This document shows, in pieces, positions 55,983 through 64,000 of a stretch of 64,000 nt of DNA. How positions within the stretch are numbered: the stretch's first letter is position 1; every line of letters begins with the position of its first letter. Where the stretch lies: NCBI GenBank assembly GCA_965240325.2, contig OZ251247.1:1114869-1178868 (forward strand). The letters are read 5' to 3'. The notes beneath the pieces were generated by a model, which made no database searches, was not told the DNA's origin, and worked only from the letters and a program-made list of their open reading frames with translations. A program made the translations under genes and the position numbers. This DNA is from Rebecca billardiae RCC1528 (lineage: Eukaryota; Protista; Haptophyta).

Positions 55983-57858
55983 GGACGCGGGCTACGACTC
56001 CGACTCGGATGAGGAGGACGGGTGCGAGCTGGGCGGCGCGGCCGAGCGCGCGGGCGGCGCGGCGCGCGGCGCGGCCGACGGGGTGGGCGCGTCCGCCGGC
56101 GGCGGCGGCGCGTCCGCCGCGCGGCGCACGCTCGTCTACGTGCCCGGCGGCGCGTTTCTGACGCACTTCCTCATCGCGGATTTATTCTTTTTGCTGCGGT
56201 GGGTGGTGGCGCTGGACGTGACGGTGTGCTACGTGCTCTACGACACGGCGCCGCAGCACCCGTTCCCGCACGCGCTCTCGCAGTGCCACGCGGCGTACCG
56301 CTGCGTCGCGCGCGCCGCGGCGCGCGGCAGCGCGCGCCCACTCGGCTTTGTGCCCGCGCGCGCGCCCGCGCTCGTCGGCCTCTCGGCGGGCGGCAACCTC
56401 GCGGCGGCGCTGGCGCTGCTGCTGTCCGCGCCGGGCTGCGCGGAGCCGGCGCCGCCGCCGCCGGCGTGCGTGCTGCTCCTCTGCCCCGTCGTCAACCTCT
56501 CCTCCTCGCCCTCCCCCTCGCGCTTTCTCTTCATGTGCGACGTGATGCTGCCACTCTCATTCCTGCTGGTCGCTGCGGACGCGTACGTGCCGCCCGGGCC
56601 GCTGGACGACGACGACGACGAGGAGGGCGGCGGTGGCGGCGGTGGCGGTGCGTACGGGGGCGTGTACCGCGCGCCGCCGCCGCTGCCCGCGCTCGCCGCC
56701 ACGCGCGCCGCCGCCGCGCTCACGCCCGCCGACGCGGACGACGCCGAGCTGCCCGCGCACCCGCTGCTGCGTGCGGTCGCGCTCGCGGGGCGCGAGGTGC
56801 GCGCGGGGCGCGCGCGCTCGGCGGGCGCGCTCGGCGGCGTGGGCGGCGGCTCGCTCGCGCTGCCGCCCGCGCTGATGCTCCCGGCCGCCGCCGCCTTCTC
56901 CGGCGCGAGCGGCGGCGGCGGCGACGGCGGCGACGACGACGACGGTGGTGGCGCCGACCACGCCGCCGCGTCGGCGGCCGAGGCGGAGGCGGAGGCGCGC
57001 GCGCTCGGCCAGGCGGCCGCGGGCGCGGGCCTCTACGCCAAGACGCACCCGCTCGCCTCGCCGCTCTTCGCGTCGGACGAGCAGCTCCGCGCCGCGTTCG
57101 GCGGCGGCGCGCGCCCCGCGTACGTGCTCGCCGCTGGGCTCGACCCGCTGCTCGACGACGCGGTCGACTTCAACACGCGGCTGCGGCGCGTGGGCGTCGA
57201 GGGCGAGCTGCACATCGAGCGCACGCTGCCGCACTCGTTCGTGTCCTTCCCGACGCTGCACCACGTGCCCGACGTGGCGGCGGCGCTCGACCGCGCGGAG
57301 GGGTGGCTCGAGGACGCGCTCGCCGCGCGCGAGCGCCGCGCGCCCTCGCCGCAGCCGGCGGCGCGGCTCGGGCGCGGCGGCGGCGGCGGCGGCGCGCTGC
57401 AGCGCCACCAGCGCAGCGGCAGCGGCGGCGGCGCCGCCGCCGCCGCGCTGCAGCAGCAGCAGCAGCAGCAGCACGCGCCGGGCAGCCCGCGGCGCAACGG
57501 CTCGCCGCTGACACGCGCGCGCTCGGGCGGCGCGCACGCGCCGTCGCCGCCGCCGCCGCAGCCGCAGCCGGGCGACGCGGCCGCGCACGACGCGGCGGCG
57601 GCGGAGCAGCAGCAGCAGGCGCAGCAGCAGCAGCCGCCCGGCGGCGGTGCGGCGCTGCGGCTCACGCGGCCGCGCGCGCGCACCTTCGACCCGTACGGCG
57701 GCCGGCCGGGCGTGGCGGGCATCGGCGTGTGGGGCGACGGCGCGAGCGGCGCGGAGACGAGCGGCAGCGGCATGTCGCGCACGCCGAGCGCGCAGTGGGG
57801 GCTGCACCACCTGGGCGACGAGGAGCCGGACGAGGGCGAGGAGGCGGACGCGTACTGA
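52000..57858 (+). CDS. Hormone-sensitive-lipase-like alpha/beta hydrolase (Abhydrolase_3) with a long low-complexity N-terminus, 7 exons
   Basis: Exons 52000-52101, 52229-52379, 52622-52728, 53261-53314, 53558-53898, 54002-54391, 54489-57858 (GT-AG, phases consistent). Motifs: LVYVPGGAF, YDTAPQHPFPHAL, VGLSAGGNLA, SPSPSR, HPLASPLFA, LDPLLDD, LPHSF. Confidence 0.85.
52915..52976 (+). repeat. Intronic (GCGCGG)n microsatellite; a (GTGC)n tract also lies at ~53899-53930
   Basis: Read directly from the sequence. Confidence 0.85.
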
Positions 57859-58419
57859 GGAGCAGCGCAGAGGCGGCGCGGCCCGAGCCGTGGGGCCAGA
57901 CCAGCGGGGGCGCGTGAGCACGCCGCCCACTCCGGGGCAGCAGGCAGGTGGGCCACCCTGGCCGTGCCCCCCGCCCCCGCCTGCTCTGCGGCCGCGCGCC
58001 GCGAGTACGACGATTGCGAATCGATCATCTGCTAGCTAACTCGTTGTCGCCAGAGTTACTCGGGTGCATGCACTCAGTTCAGCTCGCGGTGCACTTGCGA
58101 CGCGCTATGAAGTAGCGCGCATCATCAGCGTACGTTGCGTCGTCTACTGCGCGCTACTATACACTGATGATGATGCGCTGCTGATCGACACTAATACTGC
58201 TGACCAGCACAGCCGCCTAACGGAGGCGCCAGACTGCGCGGCACTGCGCGCGCGCGGCGACGGGCGGCGCGGGCGGCTGCTGGTCGCGCGCGCGAGAGGC
58301 CTCCGCGTGCGCCGCGTGGGCCGCTGCGGGGCGGGTGCTGCTGCGCGTGCGCGGGCTGCTGCCCGAGCGGCTGCTCGTGCTGGCGACCGGCTGGGCACGG
58401 ATGGGCGCGCTCGCCGCCA

Positions 58420-59284
58420 ACCAAGCTCACGCTCGTGTGGGCGCCGGACGGCGCGTGCGGCGCGGTGTACGACGAGCTGCTCGAGCAGCAACACCTCCGC
58501 CTTCCTCGCACTGCGCGCCGCGCCGCGCAGCCTGCGCAGGCGCAAGCGCGGCGGCGCGGCCGGGCGCGGCGGCGCGGCCGGGCGCGGCGGCGGCGCGCCG
58601 CGCTGGCTCGCGCTCGACGCGCGCGCGACAGGCGCGCCGCTCAGCGCGGCCGAGCTCGGGCTGCGCTCCGCCGCCGAGGCGCGCCACCGCGGGCCCGCCG
58701 CCCCCGCCGTGCGCCTCGAGATCAGCGCGGACGGCACCAACCGAGTTGAGCCCGACGCGCTCGCGCCCGGCGGCGCGCGGCTCGCCGACCGCCTCGGCCC
58801 CGCGGCGGCGCCGGCGGTGCGGCTGGCGTGGCTCAGCCCGAGGCGCGCAGACCTGCTGTGCGCGCGAAGCGCACACCCGGCCGCGCGGCCGTGCGTGCGC
58901 CGCGTACCGCCAGCCGCGTGCGGCGCGCACACGCCGCGCGTCACGACCCTATGCCCACCCGGCGCGCGCGCCGAGACCGACGCCAGCCGCCCGACGCGCC
59001 GCCCGCCTCGTCCCGCCCGCCCCGTCCGGTGCGCTCGCGCGCGCGCCGCGCGCGCGCGCCGCGCGCTCGCAGCCCGCTCGCAGACGAGGCTCAGCGCGGC
59101 GATGCGCGTGCGCGCGACACGGCCGGGCTGCTGCTCTGGCTGCGCGCCCGGCGCGACGCGGCTGCCGCCCGAGCCGAGCGCGGCGCCGCGCCTCGCCGCC
59201 TCAGCGGCGGGCGGCGGCGGCGGCGGCGGTGGCGCGTGCGCGCCGCCCGCGCCCGCGCGCGTGTCGCCGCGGGCGCACTGCTAG
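58420..59284 (+). pseudogene. Probable frameshifted gene relic of unknown function
   Basis: The protein-like KLTLVWAPDGACGAVYDELLEQ shifts frame into NTSAFLAL..RWLALDA..VRLEISADGTNRVEP..RLAWLSP; the 3' part is duplicated at 18.7-19.0 kb. Confidence 0.35.
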
Positions 59285-59394
59285 GACGCCGGGTACGGTC
59301 GCGCTCAACTATCATACAATCCCAGAAGATCGTCGATCGTCCCGTACTAATCAATGGATCGAATCAGAGCTCGTCGCAAACTGTATGCAGTATA

Positions 59395-59980
59395 CCGTCA
59401 GGGGCGTTGCGCCAGCTGGACAAACGCCCTCCGGTCTTTTCAGATCTGCGCTTTTCAAAACGAAATGTTCCGCGCTCTGTTTAGGGCGAAGCGCGGTGGA
59501 TGGCGGCTCGCCGCCGCATGGGCGGGCGAGTCGCCGCTGCCCGCAGAAAACGTGCGTCGGAGGCAAGGAAGCAGGCAGATGGCGTCTCGCGCGCGTCGTA
59601 GAATTCGGCCGTGACGCTCGCCAGCCTCAGCGCGCGCGGCGAAGCCAAGTCCATGGGCGCACTGCGTGCAGGCGGCACGGCCACGCCGCTCGGCCGCGCG
59701 ACCGGCCTCGCAAGCGTCCTTGCGGCGCGAAAGGGCATCCCAGCTGCGGTCATTCGACTTGTGCGTCGGGAGACGTGTGCCATCTAGCCAACGCGCACGC
59801 GCCGCGAGCTGCACGGCGTGCGCACACGTCGCCCGCCGCACCGGTCAGGCGTGCGCCGCAAGCGGCACAGCGGGAGAGGGCCCCGATCCGAGTGCAGGTC
59901 TCGCCGGGGCCCTCCACAAGTCCAAGGATCCTGGACGGTGGGTCCCTTCGCGTTTGTCCAGCTGGCGCAACGCTCTGTGC
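59395..59980. mobile_element. Putative MITE (Tc1/pogo-like left end TA|CCGTCAG)
   Basis: Perfect 24-bp inverted repeat GCGTTGCGCCAGCTGGACAAACGC at 59404-59427 and 59950-59973; the outermost bases are degenerate. Confidence 0.5.
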
Positions 59981-62334
59981 ATATGGGCGCGGTGGAGTAT
60001 CATAATGGAAACATCATCACCGAAAGTCTGAAAGCAGCAGATACTGGCTAGCAGATTTCAGCCAGGGGACGTGCATTTTGCACGTTGAGATGAGCATTTA
60101 AGGTTCCTAAGGCGAGCGCTCCCGGACCGCCCCCGGACACGCCCCGAGCGCCGCAAGGCCGTTGGCCTCGCCGTCGACGGCGCCGCGATGAGCGCTGCCA
60201 CGGCTGCAGACGTGCGCGCTGCGCCCAGCGCGCGAGACGAGCGGGCGCACAGTCCCCACACACGCAGCCGCGCCGCTTGACCCGACCTGCGTCTCCGTCT
60301 CCTCGGGCCGCACGCGCAGGGCGAGGCAGGCGAGTTGTGCCCAGTCCGACGCCGCGGCAGCCGCGCAGGCGGCGGCACTGATCGAGGGCTCGCCGCGGGC
60401 GCTCCTGGGGCCCTGCCTCAAGGATCTGCGCGTGGTGATCGTGACCGTCCTCGGCCGCCTTCCTCGGGCCCGAGCCCACTCCGGCGCACTGCGGCTGGCG
60501 GCCGGGCAAGCGAGCACACGCGGCGACGAGGATGATGCCACGTCGTCGCCGCGCCTGGGCGAGGAAGCTGCGCAGCCGCGTGCGCAGCCGGTGTCGGATG
60601 CGGATGTGACGACGATGGAGACGGACGACGGCGTCGGTGGCGAGATCGTTGACGGCGCGCACTCTGTAGACGAGGGCCTGCAGCAAACTACGGGCGAGGA
60701 GGGGCTTTGAGGACGGGCTTGCCGGCCCAGTGCCCGTCCCGAACCCGTTCAGTGCCGAGTCCGCGCGTCCTGCGTTGGCGGGGTCGGAGGCGATCGCGGC
60801 TCGTCGGGAACAACCAGAAGCATGCCGAGTGATCAGGCTGGAGGAGCACGCGCGGGCGCTCCATGTGTCGGTCAATCTGAGGAAGGACACGCACTTGGAC
60901 CCGGTGAGAGCCGAGTGCCACTTTCAACTCGCTGCCACAGTCGGCCCGCATGATTGCACTTGCGCGGCGCGTCTGGCACCTCTGACAACTCGGGCGCGCG
61001 GACATAGCCGAGCCGGTTGCGGCCGCGCACTGCCAGACAAGGAGCTGATTGCACTGCTCACCACAGCCCGGCTGCGCGAGCTCGTCGACGGCTCGCACGA
61101 GACGAGGCGCGCAGCCTGCCAGCCGGGACGACGTGGGCACAGGGCCGACTTCCCAGGTGCGTCCTCGACTCGGACCACCCGCTGCCAAGGCTGCCCAGCG
61201 GGGAGCGCGGCGGCCGTGGCGGCCGCGGCCGAGGCGGCCGTGGCAGCGGCCGCGCCGCCGCTGCTCCGCTGCGCTCAGCCTCGGGCCCGGTCAAGGCGGC
61301 GGCGAACGACGCACTCGCTGGCCTTCTCGCGCCGCCGCGAGGGGCGCTGCTCATCGCTGGCGCCGCCGCTGCCGCCTCGAAGCCCGACGCCAAGGACTCA
61401 CGCATTCTGCTCCGGTGCTTCGCCGTCATGGGCAAGGTGGCGAGCTGCGAGGAAGCCGCGCCGACAGGTCTTCAAAGTGGCACCACTGGCGCTCGTCAGC
61501 GCGCGCAGCCGCGGTGGAGGCGGCGGCCAAAGGGCGAGTCGGACGCGTCAGACGCCGTCTACCTGGCGCACTGGAGCAAGAAGCGTCGAGCCATTGCCAA
61601 GCTGAGCCAGGCCTTCGCTCACGCCGTCCTGAAGCAGCCGACAGTGGGCGGCGCCGCGCGAGGAGCACCCCTGCCGCGCCCGTGGGCGCCAAGCGAACGC
61701 GCGACCTCAGAGGCAGAGGCGCACGCCGCAACGGCGGCGCAGACAGTCGTTCGCGTGTCTACTGCCTCTGGCATTCGCGCCTCTGGCTCCCGCGCTACGA
61801 CCAGCAGTGACGCTGGCGCTCGTGACAGCGGTGCCAGCGCCCAAGTGAGCCGAGAGGCGACGTGACCGGTACGCGCGCGCCGCGCAGCATCTTGTCAGTT
61901 GAGTGCGCGGTGACTAGTGGGGTCAGAGCGATTTTTTGGCTAAAATAAAATCGAAAATGTTGATTTCCTCGCCCCAATTTTCATTTTGCGCCCCGCCGGC
62001 GCGCGACGACCGGAAAATCCCGAGCGCGGCGGCCGGCACACGTTCGGACGGCTCAGGGGGCTTGATGGCCCCTGGACGGTCAGGCCCGACGCCGCGCTCA
62101 CGCGGCCGCGCGCGCCGCAGCGGCCGATGGCGCTGGAGCGGGGCGGTCTGGGGGAAGGCCATGGCCCTACCGGACTCCCCAACCGCCAACGGCTCTTTGC
62201 CACAGTTCAAATTTGAACGCGCGCGCGCACATCTTCAAGAGCTGCTGAGATGGTGGCGATGCAGGTTGATGAGGGAGCTCCCAGTTCAGGTGACGCGCGC
62301 GCGATGCGGACGCATTCATGCGCGTTCAGGGTGC

Positions 62335-62702
62335 TTAGGTTTAGGTTAGGGTTAGGGTTAGGGTTAGGGTTAGGGTTAGGGTTAGGGTTAGGGTTAGGGT
62401 TAGGGTTAGGGTTAGGGTTAGGGTTAGGGTTAGGGTTAGGGTTAGGGTTAGGGTTAGGGTTAGGGTTAGGGTTAGGGTTAGGGTTAGGGTTAGGGTTAGG
62501 GTTAGGGGTTAGGGTTAGGGTTAGGGTTAGGGTTAGGGTTAGGGTTAGGGTTAGGGTTAGGGTTAGGGTTAGGGTTAGGGTTAGGGTTAGGGTTAGGGTT
62601 AGGGTTAGGGGTTAGGGTTTAGGGTTAGGGTTAGGGGTTAGGTTAGGGTTAGGGGTTAGGGTTAGGGTTAGGGTTAGGGTTAGGGGTTAGGGTTAGGGTT
62701 AG

Positions 62703-62759
<57 letters not shown>

Positions 62760-63652
62760 GGTTAGGGTTAGGGTTAGGGTTAGGGTTAGGGGTTAGGGTT
62801 AGGGGTTAGGGTTAGGGTTAGGGGTTAGGGGTTAGGGTTAGGGTTAGGGTTAGGGTTAGGGTTAGGGTTAGGTTAGGGTTAGGGTTAGGGTTAGGGTTAG
62901 GGTTAGGGTTAGGGTTAGGGTTAGGGTTAGGGTTAGGGTTAGGGTTAGGGTTAGGGTTAGGGTTAGGGTTAGGGTTAGGGTTAGGGTTAGGGGTTAGGGG
63001 TTAGGGTTAGGGTTAGGGTTAGGGTTAGGGTTAGGGGTTAGGGTTAGGGTTAGGGTTAGGGTTAGGGTTAGGGTTAGGGTTAGGGTTAGGGTTAGGGTTA
63101 GGGTTAGGGTTAGGGTTAGGGTTAGGGTTAGGGTTAGGGTTAGGGTTAGGGTTAGGGGTTAGGGTTAGGGTTAGGGTTAGGGTTAGGGTTAGGGTTAGGG
63201 TTAGGGTTAGGGTTAGGGTTAGGGTTAGGGTTAGGGTTAGGGTTAGGGTTAGGGTTAGGGTTAGGGTTAGGGTTAGGGTTAGGGTTAGGGTTAGGGTTAG
63301 GGTTAGGGTTAGGGTTAGGGTTAGGGTTAGGGTTAGGGTTAGGGGTTAGGGTTAGGGTTAGGGTTAGGGTTAGGGTTAGGGTTAGGGTTAGGGTTAGGGT
63401 TAGGGTTAGGGTTAGGGTTAGGGTTAGGGTTAGGGTTAGGGTTAGGGTTAGGGTTAGGGTTAGGGTTAGGGTTAGGGTTAGGGTTAGGGTTAGGGTTGGG
63501 TTAGGGTTAGGGTTAGGGTTAGGGTTAGGGTTAGGGTTAGGGGTTAGGGTTAGGGTTAGGGTTAGGGTTAGGGTTAGGGTTAGGGTTAGGGTTAGGGTTA
63601 GGGTTAGGGTTAGGGGGGGTTAGGGGTTAGGGGTTAGGGTTAGGGTTAGGGG

Positions 63653-63693
<41 letters not shown>

Positions 63694-63756
63694 GGTTAGG
63701 GTTAGGGTTAGGGTTAGGGTTAGGGGTTAGGGTTAGGGTTAGGGTTAGGGTTAGGG

Positions 63757-63797
<41 letters not shown>

Positions 63798-63818
63798 GGT
63801 TAGGGTTTGGGGTTAGGG

Positions 63819-63855
<37 letters not shown>

Positions 63856-64000
63856 GTTAGGGTTAGGGTTAGGGTTAGGTTAGGGGGTTAGGGGTTAGGG
63901 GTTAGGGTTAGGGGTTAGGGTTAGGGTTAGGGGTTAGGGGTTAGGGGTTAGGGTTAGGGTTAGGGTTAGGGTTAGGGTTAGGGTTAGGGTTAGGGTTAGG
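62335..64000 (+). repeat. Telomere (TTAGGG)n
   Basis: About 1.67 kb of TTAGGG with occasional TTAGGGG/TTTAGGG variants, G-strand running 5'->3' to the window end; degenerate junction ttaggtttaggttaggg. Confidence 0.99.

Noticed and set aside
62250-62615. ORF with (LG)n/(VR)n repeats
   Set aside because: It is a translation of the telomeric repeat.
62500-64000. TTAGGGG/TTTAGGG variant telomere units as a biological pattern
   Set aside because: They are irregular and cannot be distinguished from homopolymer errors in long-read consensus at a contig end.

Overview
Right-hand subtelomere of a very GC-rich, intron-containing eukaryotic chromosome, ending in a (TTAGGG)n telomere at about 62335-64000. 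The GC content, GC-AG introns and TTAGGG repeat suggest a haptophyte such as Pavlovales/Diacronema, but this is inference. From left to right: (1) a spliced ankyrin-repeat + RING-HC E3 ligase gene (-), head-to-head with RBBP4/MSI1 (+), both studded with the DNA palindrome GAGATTGCAATCTC and intronic telomere-like tracts; (2) a cluster of TIR elements (9.6-14.4 kb); (3) a gene fusing an XK-like multi-TM domain to LRRs, each LRR encoded by its own 84-nt phase-2 exon in a 437-bp tandem unit; (4) a Methyltransf_22-like gene and a small bacterial-like membrane protein; (5) a ~30-kb tandem array of seven divergently transcribed pairs of F-box + RCC1-propeller genes (types A/- and B/+); (6) a spliced hormone-sensitive-lipase-like gene, degenerate subtelomeric sequence and the telomere. 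In the array, differences between copies concentrate in the ligand-face loops and are shuffled as a patchwork, and DNA transposons have inserted three times. The best candidate for an undescribed system is this diversifying F-box-RCC1 repertoire, together with the neighbouring exon-cassette XK-LRR receptor. Most ORFs in the supplied track are GC-rich shadow ORFs. All gene models were built by hand from the sequence.
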